The position numbers and the translations under genes are program-made. This document shows, piece by piece, positions 1 to 15,200 of a DNA stretch of 64,000 nucleotides. The stretch is from Harriotta raleighana (Eukaryota), in assembly GCA_050575255.1 (NCBI GenBank), contig JBNZDD010013726.1:2044481-2108480 (forward strand), written 5' to 3'. The notes beneath the pieces are model-generated. The model made no database searches, was not told where the DNA came from, and was given only the letters and a program-made list of their open reading frames with translations. Positions within the stretch are counted from its first letter, which is position 1; every line of letters begins with the position of its first letter.

Positions 1-39
1 ACACACACACACACACATATACACTCCTGCTTTACGTAC

Positions 40-258
40 TTTCTCTCCAGAAACAGAAGCACCACTCAGCCGTGGAAACCCGTCCATCTCTGTAGGTGTC
101 GCAGGAGTTGAAGAAAGGTCGCACACAGACTTCATACTTGTCCAGATTGATGGCTGCCAGCTCCGTCTGGTCCAGAAACAGGTCAGTATTGCTATCCAGC
201 CTGGAAAACATCCAGCCAATCGAATCCCTGCAGCTGGCCATCAGGTTCTTGTCCAGCA
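40..258 (-). CDS. SPOCK2: SPOCK2 exon (EC domain, [10 protein letters not shown]...WCFCFWRE)
   Basis: 219 nt; AAG acceptor ending at 259; GTACGT donor at 39. Confidence 0.95.
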
Positions 259-3200
259 CTTTCAGAAAGAGAGAAAGACATTGTGAGGAAGTGAATTCAC
301 AATCTGCAGCTAACTAACCCATCACTTTCCCACGCCAAAAAAAAGCTATTTTGGTTGGTACAGAGAAGATTAAGAGGGGAAATCTAATTAGGTTTTTGAA
401 ATCCACAAAGGTTACAAGATAAGTACTGAAAGATTTTCCTCCCTTCCACCCCTCCCAACTTGGGATTTGGTAACAATGGACTAGAAAATCTGTGTTGTCA
501 CTCCAAGATTACAATAAATTGGATTTGATCCTGTGTGGAATGATCCTGCAATAAAAATATTTCCTGAAAGACTCAAAACAAATTTATCTGCCTGTGAACC
601 TGGTGACTTTTCTTGTCTTACCACTGGCTGTGCTCGCAAACGGACTCCCTGAGTTGTTCTGTTTGGCATTTTCATGCAGCAGCTGAAACCAGTCTCTGAG
701 CCGATCCCCAAGATCTGCCAGGTCTTGCCCTGTACAGCTTTCTAGAGAGAGAAAGAGAGTTATTTTGCAGTAATGGGACTGTTTGATATAGTCCATAAAA
801 TTTATACAAAAGTAGCAATGAATGTTTAAACTCAACCTGATCTGCAATAATTATTTTCAAATTGAGTTTTATAAGAATATTGGTTAACATCCTGCTCCAC
901 AGGACTATGATGAGATACTGACCATGGTGAGACCGATATCTCTATAAGATCATTGAGGAGTTGTCAAGTGGATGTTGCTAAAACCTGGTCATGAAAGGTG
1001 CCAGATCACATTCAGAATGTTTGTAGGAACTAACCTGATCCCCTCTCCTCTCTGACTATGCTCTGGGACCTCACCTTGTCTTTGAGACTGTATCAATTAT
1101 TTACCTGGTTTCTTCTCTGTTTCGACTGTTGGTGTGTGTCCAGTTGGACATGGACACTGGCCTTGGCACTGTTGGGTAAGCTGTTTTCCAGTCAGACATA
1201 TCTGCTGCTCCAGTTTACACTATAGGAAGAAGAGGAAAAAGAGAGAGCTGAGGTTAGACGTGAATTGATTTGTATTCAGCTGGATCTGCTTATTCCATCA
1301 AGAAGGAGTGTTTGATATAAAGTTGTCAATTTGTCGATTAGGTTCTCAGCTAGTTAGCTGAACACCGCATTTCTAGTTTACGTATTTTCTTCCTCGAATG
1401 CAGGTGGCAGTATGTGCTGGTTCCACAGCAGCAAAGTTTCCAAAGATTTGTGGCAACAACATTGAAAGGTGGATGAGTTCATACAAACTATATTTTTTGC
1501 AAAGCCTGATGTCTTTAGGAGATAATTCCTTAACAACACAACTTTTATTGGCTCTCGCTTCCTCAGATCCATCAACACTAGCTTGTTGAAGACTGTCAGC
1601 AGGCCTGTTGTGCTTCACTTGTGTTGAAGCACTTTAAGACATTTCAACACAAGGCACAGTATGAAATGCCAGTTTTTTTGCAGTATTATTTTAATGTGTG
1701 TCTATGAGCGGGCAGGAATGTACAACAATCATCTGGACAACACTGGGCCTTTTGAGAGCCTGGACTCAGCAAGTTATTAGTCAGCTGTTCTGCTTCCAAT
1801 TAAATCTATTGGAAAATTATTGATAGTCTGATATTTAAATCCTCTAAGTTTGGATGCTGGAATTATACTGTTTGTATTTGCTACCTGTGACTTCCTAACC
1901 CCCTACCAACCAGTCCATTCTCTCCACTCAGTGGGCTCTGGCCTGCTCCATGTCCCCCGACCCAACCACTCCAATGGTTGGGTCGGGGGACATGAAGCAG
2001 GCCAGAGCAGGCGAACCTTCAGCCACTCTGCCCCAACCTTTGGAATTCTAGCTGCCAATCCCTCCTACCTCAAATGTAATTTTATTGTTGTTGTCATTGT
2101 TGGGATTTCAACTTTTTTGATGTTAAATGTAGGAATCCCACTCCATTAGATTACAGGAACATTTTGTTTGAAGAACTGAGCACATTGCCTACCTGTGATG
2201 TGTACGTGTTTCCGTCTGAGCCACACACTGGGGAAGTCTGCGTCATGTGGCACGGCTTACACACACTCTCCACGTGCCCCTGGGGTTTCGGGGAAGACTG
2301 TTTGATTCTAAAACAAACAAGAATTAGCAGTAAGCGATGCATTCATTGAACTGTGGGTTCCCTCTCAGGGATCCCCCAAATTCTCCTCCAGCTCAAGCAC
2401 ACATAAGAGGCAGCACTCTACAGGAAAGTAGAGAATGGTGTGAAGGAAACACAGCTCTAACCTGTGCTGCAGCTTCTTGCGACTGATACACATAGCTCTC
2501 TGTGGACCTTGTGAGATGCACACCTTGTGTCGGCTGCACTTCACCTTCTGGCAGGGGTCCTTGGTGGGGTCAAGACCTACAGAAGGAATCATTTTACAGT
2601 GAGTTGGTTCTAAATGTCCATAAAAAGATAGAACCGACAACCACAAAAGAAGCAGAGAATCCTTTCACAATCTCCCTGCAGAAACTGCTAGTCTACAAAA
2701 TCTAAGTTTAAGAACCAGTTTCAGTGCTGACACTGACAGGAGTATTCCTGCAGGTACAGGGCTGCAAACTTTCTATATTCAGGCTGGTTCACAACATTAT
2801 ATGAACTAAATATTCCTCTCTATTTGTTACAAATACCTATGTTGAAATGGCTGTACGTAGTGCTGAAAGCTAGGGTAATTCCTTTCCTCAATGCATTTTA
2901 TGCTGGATTACTACTTCCTACCATATGCAATTTAAAAAAAAATCAATTACTAAAAGTAAATGACTTTTTTAAAAATTAAGATGAACAGATAGCTTCCCTG
3001 ATAGCTCAACAATTATATTCAGTGAGTAGCAGAGCCACACATCAGGGAGATGCCAGAATCAATCCCCAAATTGTATGTGATGTATTCAGAGGTTATTTGC
3101 TTCGATGACCCCCACCCCTATTTCTCTCAGGTATGTCATGAAAGAGGCAATTCAAATTGACATATTTCATCAAAAGAAATATTCCAGCAGTGTGAGAGAA

Positions 3201-6200
3201 ATTAATTCCTGCCCCAGGCGTTGTGGGCAGGAGCTGAAGAAGACTCTGCTGCACACTTCCACTTGCTTCTCACCGTGTAAAAAGCAGACCACAGGCTTTC
3301 GTATTCATTGTTGACTGCTGACATTTAGAGGTTGGAGATCTATAGAGAATTGTGCATCGGTATCTCTTCAGCATCCTGTTGAATTTCAACGCCGCACTCA
3401 ACAGAAAGTAGGAACCCGGTTGTTAGTCGATAGGCCAATCGCTTTTCAGAGAATAATAATCCCATAAAAAGAAATGAAAAATGATAATAATAATTTGGTC
3501 ACTCAATCCATAAGTGTTTATGGGACACTGCTGTGTGCAATTGGCTGCCGCGTTTTGTCCACAAAATGCACAGTCACTTTACTTCACAGTATATGCTGTG
3601 AAGCACTTTTGAGAGAACTCGAAGACGTGATAAGATGCTGCATCAAATGTAAGGCTTTTTATCATTATTGTAACAATAATGTATTTTGTATTACTGAGAG
3701 TTAGCACTGAACTTTCTATCACATGTACAACCACACAAACACAGAATCACAGCCACACTTCACAAGTACAGTGTTCACACTTTCTTCACCAGATATTGTA
3801 ATCACAGTAATATTTATGAGTGCCTATTGATTTTATTTCCTTGGTCTGGCCTTATTCCCTTCCCTATTCTATTGTGGCTTTTCCAGCCCATTCATTTCTG
3901 TTTAGATGAAGGATCAATCTGAAACATTAACCCAGCTTTCTATTTCAATTGCTGATCGCCTGAGATAATTTTCTAGATTTTTCTTTTTTCTCTCATATTT
4001 CCACTAGTCCAGAATATTTGATATAGCTCCTTATCACATTGTCGAAACATCTCAAAGTGCTTCAAAGGATTTGATGTAAGTACAACATCTGTGTATTTGT
4101 AGGCAAACTTGGCAGTCAATTTACGTAAAACAATGTCTTGCGAATAGTTATGAAATGAATTACCAATTTTATCTGGGGGATTGTTGGCAGTTCTAACTAA
4201 ATTGTTTGTCTTACCAACAGAAATCTCACAATGAATCTTGAAATGTGATGTTTGCAATTGGAGGTCTCCATGAGTGACTTATATCTGGTTTCTATTTCTG
4301 ACCCCGTTGTTTAAACAAGCTGGTTCTCGACTGACTGTGGTGTTTTAATGATTCAAGCCCAGTATAATATAATGAGGTGGCACAGGGAACTACATTTACC
4401 ATCTGACTCTTCAGCTGAGAGGATTTGGGTGATATTTGTTGACAAGATTCTGCAAAGTAGTTGACGAACTAGTGGTATAAAATTTGTAGCAGAACGTGGC
4501 TGCTTGTGCCTCTCTGAATGCAGACCTGAAACAGACTCTCATATTCGCACCAGAGATTCTGGATTCATGCACACACCAGATATTAGGGATTTCAGGATGG
4601 ACCTTATATATAACATAAAGACTGCATTTATGTAAAGGGCACCCGGTAATTTCTATAGGACAGGATTTGCCCAGTTATTTGCTGCAACGCTTTATTAAGA
4701 TTGCCTCTTCAGGCTTAACCTGTATGTGAGAGATATTTTGAATTCCTGAATCACACAGTAGTTAGGGAAAGACGTCACAACCATTCAAAGGCCTCTGTGC
4801 CGCACTGCACTGTAGGATTAATATCAGCAAAACTGCCAAGGCTTCAATCAGCACTGTACTGCAGTGGTTTAATGCCGAGATCTTGCTATGCTCCCAATGG
4901 ACTGGGAAGCCTTTTCGAGATGGAATTGTTGACAGGGTGCATCTGCGTGGGATGATATATCTGATATGTACGTCTGTTTGTACTTCGATTCTTTTATTTT
5001 GATCCAGTTTTTAAACTTCCCGAAGGCACCATTATAATGAGGAGTTATTCTCTGAATTAATACCCTACAGGAAACAAAAACAAAATGCACCAATTACCAT
5101 TGTCCTTATTATAGGATCTGGTGTTACCTGATCAGATATGTTTTGTAAACTGCCACTCATCATTTGTGCTGTCTCTGAAAGACTTGAATTTAACTCTTTG
5201 AGGAGTCAGAGGCTTTTTCATTTTTTTTTACACACACAGGCAACTTGTACTGAGAATACCATAATGTAGAATTAGGTCGATGCTGCTCTGAATGTACTTT
5301 GTGCTGGATCAGTAAAACAAGGAGCCAGCCAGAGTCCTGGTAATTTGTTGTGATGCTGCAAACGCTATAGAGAGCAAGAAACAATGAAAAATGCTTCACA
5401 AAAGATGCTGTTAAAATTACTCAGTAATTGCTTACTTTTGTGTCATCCTGCACAATTGGAGAACACAGTGGCTGTGTTTTGGGAGCTGCAAAGAAAATGT
5501 AGCTAACTATCGCTTATACATCATGACGACAAAATATTACCAAAGTCTGTCCCAGGAAGTGGACTGCATTACAATGTTTAGCATTGCTGGCAATCTGCCA
5601 TACAGTGAGAACACAGTCTGCAAATCTATGAAAAACAGGAGTCCTTAAAACTTTTATGACTTCATTAAATAATCATTAGGATCCGTGTTATATAGAGGAG
5701 TTACTGGGAATACATTTGCAACTAAAAGATTTTAATGGTGTGTAATTCATACACATCACTCCTTATCGCACTATTTTCTGAAGATTATATCCTTGTAAAT
5801 GACACAGTCAAATATCAGAACATGGACATTATCTTTCCTCAAAGGTTATCTCTATCTCTGATGTCAAGCAGTCATTGCTTTTCTATGACCATTAACTAAT
5901 CTTCTCCATGGAAATCAGCAACCTGCTTGTGTTCATTCTCATGTGCTGGCTATTTACTGTTTTTTTTATATATGTGTAAAATACAGTAGTTAACAGCAGG
6001 CTCTGATATATGATATACACAATAATAGGGCCTCAGAAATGTTACACAAAATAATAACTCCTCACATGTATTAAAACAACAGCCCTCACATTTGCATTGT
6101 AGACCATAAGAGCCAATGGTAAGTATTACACTATGCTTTGTGCTTATATTTATATAGTGTCTTTCATATAAGGAGAATGGCTCAGAGAGCTTTGCAGTAA

Positions 6201-9200
6201 AGGACGTGAGCCAGAGTTCAAAGGATGATTGGGGTGGGGAGTGTAGGGGGTAATTGGCCAAAGACTGGTGCAGTCAAAGAGGTAGATTTTAGGTGGGTTT
6301 TAGATGCCAAGAAGAAGGGTGTAGGGACTGAAAGTTTATTTGCCTATGGTGTAGTGAAGCAGGCAGGAGCATGAAGTAGAGTTCAGTGCAGTGGAATGAG
6401 TGGCCACGTGAGTAGAGTCATAGGAGATTGCAAAAGTTGATCTGCGAGGGAGATGTGGAGCCAGTAGCTCAAGGCAAGGATGGAGATGATGGATATGCTG
6501 AGCAAGCCCAATATGGGAGGGGATGTGGGCTGTAGAGTTCTGGATAGTCTGGAGTTTGTAAGGAGAGGAACTGGAAAGCAGTTAAAGTTAAAGCTGGAAC
6601 TTTCCAGGTCACTGTATTTAACTTGATAAAGTGGCTTGATAAAGTTTGAAATACAATAAAGAGTTCCTTGAATCTAACCAACCGGCAGTTCTTTCACGCT
6701 GTCCTCATTACCAAGCCTTGTTTATACATTGTTTAGGATTGTTTTTAACCTTTTGTAAAGTTGTCGTCTGTCTCCCTTGCTTCCGATCTTTGGCACAGAG
6801 ACCCCTTTCTGACCCAACTTTTCACTAATAGAATCAGACAGTAAATAGAGTTGAACAATGCTGGCCTTACAGACTTACTCATTTCTCTGTTTGAAAGGTT
6901 TCTGCCTGTCACTGTGCTTGGCCATGTGCAATTTCCCCAGTGTTGTGTCCGCCTTGTTCTTCTCAACTTGTCAAACATTGTGCCTTTAATAACAGAGGTC
7001 AGCTTGCATGGCTATTCATGCACTGTCTGCACTGAATTTAATATGTCTGCACTTAGTTTCAAGTTGGATTGTAAAACACTCTTGTCATGTTTCGCTGGCT
7101 CCAACACACTGTGCCACAAAATTACAAGATGTTCCAGTAGTCCTACAACTCATGTATCAGACCATAGTGTGTGAAGCGTAAATATGTGACAGAGGTGTTT
7201 TCACGCATCTCCTCATGGCAAAGGAACTAGAAACAAAGGGAATATTTTTTACTGGACCGGTCTACAAAATGATTCCTGAAAATCTCTAATAACAAAAATA
7301 GTAGCAATATTAATGTTTGCATTTGATATACTGTAGTACTTTTCACATCTTCTAGACATTTCCAAGCGCTTCACAGAACATACTGTAAAGTGAATTGACT
7401 GTACATTTGTGAGCGAAACGCAGCAGCCAATTGCACACCACAGTGTCCCACCAACAATCATAGATTGAAATGAACAATTTATTCCTGCCAAGAATTGATC
7501 ATAGGTCTCTCGCTTGTAAGGCGAGTGCTCTAACTACTGAGCTACAGGACTCCACAATTAATGTAAATTAATCCGACATGAAGGGTGCTATACCAAAAAT
7601 GTAATTTGGTATTTTGCATTCACAAAACTTGAATTTTACAATGTGTCTGTCTTTTGAATCCCTGATTAATTTATTGGTTCTGTGGATCCTGTCCATAGTG
7701 ACAAAGTACTTTGATGTATAATACTAAATTCCTCCCCCCCCCTCCATGTCTATTTACTTAGCTCGTCACTAAGAATGACTGCTGCTTTACTGCAGGCAGA
7801 CAGCTCGACTACTCATCATCATATTGTGTAGCACAACTGCTAAAAACTAACCACTCATTCACACCCGGAATTTCATGTTTCAGTGTCAGTTCCTGGGTAT
7901 ATTCTAGATGTACAGTAGATGTAAGGTTCATCCACATCTTGTGGTGTATGACTTGTGTGTGTCCGATTGACAGTGAGGCAAAAATGTCTGATACTGTGTG
8001 GCTCATTGTCAAATCCATTACACACTGGTAAAAGCCAACAATCTACTCACAGTGGGGTCTGTATGACTCATCCTATGTCTTGTGCTGCATTTGCATGCTT
8101 GCCAGCGCTCCCTACTGTTTGGCAATGATTTGCCATTAACTATACAATGTACGTAGAGGATGAGCTTATGTGAAGGTCAGTTGTTTCCTGAGATCACCTG
8201 GAGAAGATAGTTCCAGGAATCATACACTTTGCACCCACAGCAACATAAACACAAGTGAGAATCACGTTCCACTCGTTCTCCTAAGGCCTATCAAAAGTAA
8301 ATACCTTCCCTGATGCCGGGCCAGGATTGGGATGAGGGCGGGCAGAGAGGTGGGAGGACAGATGAAGGCACAGTAGAAAAGGAGGGTCTGGAGTTGAACC
8401 TTGAAGGAGGCAAGGGAGGGAACAAGGAGAAGGAATTGTGGATGGAGTTCCAAAGAGGGGGGGCAGAAAGGCTGAAAGTCCGGCCCCCAATGGTAGCCAG
8501 GAACAAAACTGTATCGCTTCCAGTAGCACAAGCACTTTTACAGCTGAGTAAAAGTTAACAAATGGCTCTTGTCTGCTGCTGTACAGCTCAGATGCACCTG
8601 TGCTAAATTGCATATATGTAAATGTCACTCTTGGTGCAAAGTAACAATTCATCAACACCTGGCCCTGTTTGACTTGTTTGCTCCTCTTTGTCAACTGCTA
8701 TTGGGAGTGCAATACATACTGGGTAAAAGGTTAGCCATTTCTGCTGTTATTGTACGCCTTGTCTTACTTGCAACTCCTGTAAATGCAACGCTGCGATGTG
8801 TAAAATAGGTTTATTCTTTCATTGCAAACTGAACAAGGAGGCAGAACGTATGTAATTGAAATAAAAGCTGCCTTGTGTTGTCATACTTTAAAATTCTCCA
8901 ACAAGAATAGAATTTCTCACACATCTTATTATGCTGACTGCCTGCCTGCCCGACCTGTTACTTACTGTACAGCAGCAACATTCTAATCCTATACGTTCTC
9001 ATCGTCTTACATCCCTCCCACATTTTGTCCACAAATGTACAGTAAATTCACTTTACAGTATAATACATAAATAATAAAAATAATCCTTGCATTTGATATA
9101 GCGCTTTTCACATCTTATCGACGTCCCAAAGCGCTTCACAGAATATACTGTAAAGTGAATTGACTGTATATTTGTGGGCGGAATGCGGCAGCCAATTGCG

Positions 9201-12200
9201 CACAGCAGCGTCCCACAAACAGTCATAGATTGAAATGACCAATTTTTTTTATTATTGTGTTTTTTTTTGGAGGGATTATTATTAGGCATGTGGAGTAAGG
9301 AAACTTGCCCTGATCTGCCTGGATTCGAACACAGGTCTCATGCTTGTAAGGTGAGTGCTCTAACCACTAAGCCACAGGAGCTCCACAATGTAGTGTCGTC
9401 AGTGAAGCGCTTTGAGGCGTTTCAAAGACGTTATAAGGCGCTATATCAACTGCAAGGATTATTTTGATTTCCCTTTTGCATTTTTTCTTGCTTTCTCTCC
9501 TGACTCTTCCTGGGGTAGAGTTCCATGAGCATAAATGCCCCACCACCGACCCCCACATCATCCAACAGCTTATTCTTCACATGTGAACTTGGGACAGTTA
9601 GAGTTGGCAGGTGACTCAGTCATAAAGGGGCATCACAGCCAAACCCAATCTTGTCCTCACCCAGCATCAACACATAGGCAGTTTTCAGAATTTATTGGAT
9701 GGTGATAACGGGACCAAATTGATGTTTCCTCATTGTAACCCCAGATACTGAGGTGAACTGTAGTGGTCGAACCTGTGTTCGAATCCAGGCAGATCAGGGT
9801 GAAACCTTGCGCAAGTTTCCTTACTCCACATGCTTAATAATAATGACTGAGAGCAGCAAACTCAAGAGCAGGAGTTTAACCTGCAACATTTTGATTGTAC
9901 TGTACTTCCTATTGTGCCTTTAGCTGATGTCTGTGAAGCAGAGGCCTGGGAGACAGATACCTCAACAGCTTTTTGCCAGGCATGGTGTTTTGGGATATCA
10001 TGAAGCAGAAAAGAGAAAAAAATATTAGGGGACAAATGCATCACCAAAGAGTCATATGGATCCACATTCATCTGAAAGAAATAAAAACCCAGTGCAATTT
10101 CTATTGTCTTCCTGCACAGCATTGAAGATTGACGATTTATACTTATGCGGATGCACTCTGTAATCATCACTCTGTGTTAGTCCCCTCTGTCTGTGGCTGC
10201 CTTTGCCTTGGAATTAATGGACATTTAGGGGACTTCACATTCTCAAAGCCCTGCTCACTCAGCCCTGCATCAATCTCTAGTCTTTGACTAAAAAGATAAG
10301 CCCCGGTTTACTCTGTGCACTCAGATCCATCTCTGGCAGGTAAGAAAGACAAGCAATCAGAACACCAGGTTACATGGAGCCCAGAAGCTCAGCAGTCAGT
10401 GCAGACATTGATCTGTTTCCCTTTAGCAGATGTGATTGCTTTGTGCTAATCTGTGTCATTGAGCAGCACAGGCAAAAATATAATGAGGCAGAAGCCAAGA
10501 TCTCCAGAGGGGGAGGAGATTAGAATCGATTCATAACTTCTCAGACGCCTCCTCATTCGCTCCAAACAGATTTAGTTCTCTGCCCTCAAATGAACCCCTG
10601 TTAATGTAAAATTTGATTTAAAAAAGGCTGTACAGTATTGGTGCCAGGGACACTGTAACAACCAGTTCCCAGCCATTCACAATTGCACTGGCCAGAACTT
10701 CCTAAAGGAAAGACGCTGTATCACTTTACTTTATCTGACCTGCTGAGAGGTTGCAGAGAGGATGGCCCAGCTGACTCCATGGTGTGCAATGCACTATTCT
10801 AGATATGCTTTTAAATAAAAAATAATGGGCATGGACTGCCCTGTATATGCCAGATCATTAATATTTCCAGTTTTTACTTTAGTCAAACAAAGCTGGGATG
10901 CCAAGGTTCACTGAAATCTCCTCCCAGGGAGCACCAGAGAACACATGCCTCTAAAGCATATACTGTATTGGCAAAAGAGTGTGGAATAGATGCCTGGTCT
11001 GGTAGAATGATTCCATTCATTGCACCAGAATTCACTAACTATAAGGAGTGTAATGACACTCCTCTCTCCCACTCTGCATTCCCTGAGCAAAATCCCTTTT
11101 GTTAGTGGAGCAGAGAATTAGGGATGAATGTTCCCTCCAGACACTGTGAATGCACAGTCTCACATACTGCATTGCAACCAATCTTTAGGCTTTAACACAT
11201 CTAAAAGAAGAAAGGACAGCGGAAAATGCAGAATGCACAGAAATAGATGCAAACATTCATAGATCACTTACCTGGCAATGCGGCAAATAGTCCGTAGGGA
11301 TACAAAAAAAAATGCAGCCCACATTCAATCTGTAGGCAGACACCAAAAACAGGAGATTCGTTCCTGTTAATGGCAGTGGGCAAAGATATTGCAAATGATT
11401 CTTATTGTCCAAAGTGCTCAGTGGAACCAACAAACACAATTGCATTTATTAGAAGAAACACAGAGCAAGGATATCTAATTCCATATGATTAATAATGGTA
11501 AAGATACACATCAGTCGTTGGACTTTCTCTGCACCAATGCTGAGAATTGATATTTTTTTCAGGTGGCATACAACACAACTAAATGAAAATAGTCCAAATA
11601 CAAAATACTACAGATACTGGAAATCTGAAACAAAGACCAGTTCTGACGAAGGATCGTGGACCGGAACGTTGACTCACTTTCCTTTCTCCATGGATGCTGC
11701 CTGACCTGCTGAGTTTTCCCAGCAACTTCTGTTTGTATTAAATGAAAATTGTTTTTGAATCATCCGACTAGAGGTATAAAAGGTTCAACTAATCCGTGCT
11801 GGGTGGTGTAATGGCATAGCATTTTGCAACTCCAAAGTGCTATATGTGTGGGATAATGGTAGGAGTCTAGAATTGCATACAGCATATGCAAGATAAGCAG
11901 AGAGAATGTACTTCCCAAAAGGGAGGGGATGTGGTAGCAGGGTATGCTCAGGCATGAATGACAGTGGCATCCAGTCATTCTCAATCAGCTATTGGTGAGT
12001 ATTTTACACTGCTACTGGGGATACCCGATCTGTGTGCAAGCGGTTCTGATCCACAGCACTGAAGGTTGAAGAAAAGGGAGGAAAAAAATAGATTTTCATT
12101 CCCAAGAAGACAAATAGGGAATGGCCTACAATAGCTTGCAACTGCTTAACCTGGTAATACTGCTTCATGTAATAATCCCCCCACATCATTACTTATTTTA

Positions 12201-15200
12201 GATTTATGAGTCAGGCACTCCACATTGTACATTTTAACTGCAATATGAGCCTTACAATTTCGGTGGGGTAACAGTGTTATAGGTTCCCTTCAAGCTGTAA
12301 CCTTTTATGATAAACTCAACCCATTCCAAGAATAGGTTACACATAAGACAACAGCTCAATTTCTCCTCCTTGCATCCTTTGAGGCTGCTGTGTTGGATTG
12401 TTTAAATCAGGACAATTTTATAACGTTTGCCTTCGGCTGGAACTGAAGCCAAATCCCACAGGCCAGAGGACATTGTTCAACTCCTGATGGAGCATTTTTC
12501 AAGAAGTGAAGTTGAGGGTGATCTTGAAACTCTGATGTGTCCTTGGTCTCAAAACATTGCATCAAATTAGTCAATACGTGCTCGGTATTTCCAGTAAAAG
12601 GACAACTCACCCTCATCAAAAGACTGCTTCTGATCCCAACTTCGGATGTAATCATCCTGCACAAGAGAAGAAGGATGATCTAAGACCCAAGAAGAACATT
12701 ACAAACACAAGAAACATATGCACACAAACGCATTTTACATTCACTTCTGAAAACATTGCTTTGTTCTAAACAACGGTTTTATCTTCTCAATTTTGTCACA
12801 ACAATCCAATCTAAAGTAGCCCTGATTTGAAGAGGGCAGAGGATTGTCACCCTCCCTTTATAGAAATAAAAGCAATGTCTCACTGTGACTGAAATAGTTA
12901 AAGAGGACCTTTGCCCTCACAGTACATTTGATATTTTTCATTGTAAACAGTGAGTGTCTTCTGTGTATAAAATTAAGCTGCACTCAATTGAAATCTATTA
13001 TAGAATCATAGAATATAACAGCATAGAAGGAGGCCATTTGGATCATAGTGTTTGTGCCAGCTCTTTGGAAGTGCTACCCAATCAGTCCCACTCGCCCGCT
13101 CTTTCCCCATATCCTTGCAGTATTTTCTTTTTCAAGTACCTATCCAATTTTTTATGTGCAATCTTAGCCTATGAGGGTCATGCATTTACTTTCCACCAGA
13201 GGTTAGTTGAGATAAATTAGATTCAGGAACCAGGTCTCATTCTTTCTATTCCAGCTTGGGGACACTGATAACCATCAACCTCAATCTGACCACACAGATC
13301 AATCGAGGAGGCTCCAATTAACACTTCCCACCCTTGTTATGATTGTTTTTGAGTACATGATATTGTAATGTCCTATCACATTATTGAGCTGTCTCAAAGC
13401 ATCCAAAGGATGTTAATAATAATCCTTGCATTTAACATAGTGCCTTGTTAATTTTTTTGAGCTGTATCAAAGCGCTTCACAGAATACTGTATACTGTAAA
13501 GTGGATTGATTGTGTATTTTCTGAGCAAAATGTGGCAATCATTTGGACATACCCTTGGCCCACAAACAGTCATGGATTGAGTAACCAATTAAAAAAAATT
13601 ATTTTTGGAGGGATTATTACCAATTTGTCAACTAATAATTGTGTTTCTACTTACTCCAGAGGCATGTGCATAAACTTGCATAAGGCTTTACTCCGCCTGG
13701 GAATCGAACCTGGATCCTCTCGCTTGTGAGGCGAGGGACTCCAAGTTCCTGTGTTGTGTTACATTTAGAGGCAGATCAGATTAAAACATAAATGTCACCT
13801 TTACATGTTAATACAGCACATTACTAATAAAACATGTTCAGTTACATTGACAACTGAAACTTGTATATTCTTCAGACAGATTTGCAATGGAGAACAATAT
13901 TTCCCCCCATGCAAATTACAAGGTGATTATCGACATCACAAAGAGACTGTTGCTCCTTCGCTATACATTATTTTTCCTAAAGGAACAACCTTTTAAAGCT
14001 ATTAGAAATACAGTTTAGCACTGAGAGGGGCCAATATGAGGTAATTATCACCCAAAAGTATAGCATGGACGTCTTTGGAACGTTCTCCCAACGTGAAAGG
14101 CGCTCTATAAATGTAATTTTGTTGTTGTTGTTCATCATAAAAGTTTGGAGGTGAGCTAATAACAATTGTCTAGATCAACAATCATTTGCTGCACTGTATG
14201 TGTATGTTTGCTTCTATCTAAATATATATATACACTATATATATATATATATATATATAAATGTAAGCAATCACAATTTCAATCTAGGCTAAGCGAAAGT
14301 ACACAGAACAAGGGTACAGNATATGTGTATGTTTGCTTCTATCTAAATATATATATATATATATAAATGTAAGCAATCACAATTTCAATCTAGGCTAAGT
14401 GAAAGTAAACAGAACAAGGGTACAGTTTTAGTTTCTGCCTAGTTTGGAAGAGTTCTCTGTGAACAGGAAATCCATGACACAAAGGCTAATTTACAGTGCC
14501 TACTGAACAAGAGGGCTGTGTGAGTGATCTGGGAATTGAGTATGTTTTCGGGGTTGTATTGTCTTGACAGTGTTTATCACTCCAGCTACTGTCAAATCTA
14601 GGATTCTAGAACAAAGCATTCATTGATAACCATTTTGCCCCAATCTCAGACTCCAATATTGGATTTAAATAAGGAGTTGTCATTCACTAGGAGTTTTTAG
14701 AGGCTAATGTTTAATAAATATGATACATAATAACAAGGTGTGGTATTTCCTATATTTAGTGTGCCCAAATGAATGTCAATAGTCCTTTGAAGAATTGAAT
14801 CTATGGCTTGGTCCGATAATGTTTTAGGTTACATGTTAGCAGAGTAGATGAGGGCAGGAAATGCAAAAATTCATTTCCAATTTATTCTTCTTCTTACATA
14901 TCTGTCTATAACTCCAGTTTGTGTGCACCCACCCACAACAATGAGGACTCATAAGTGGCCTCTAGGGTTATGAGCCTGTCCCATACATATCTGCAACCAA
15001 TCTAATTCTGTTAGAGGTGTGTAGACATGGGACGCATAGCCTTAGGTGAAGTATCTACTTCAGCTCGATTGTATTTTCAGTACTGGTTTGATCCTGTCAG
15101 CAAAATGGATTCCCACTCCCTTACAGTATTTATAATTGGTTTTCTGCTTGTGCTATTTATTGTGCCTCTGTCTATCTCCCTAATCATGATTTCTGCATCA

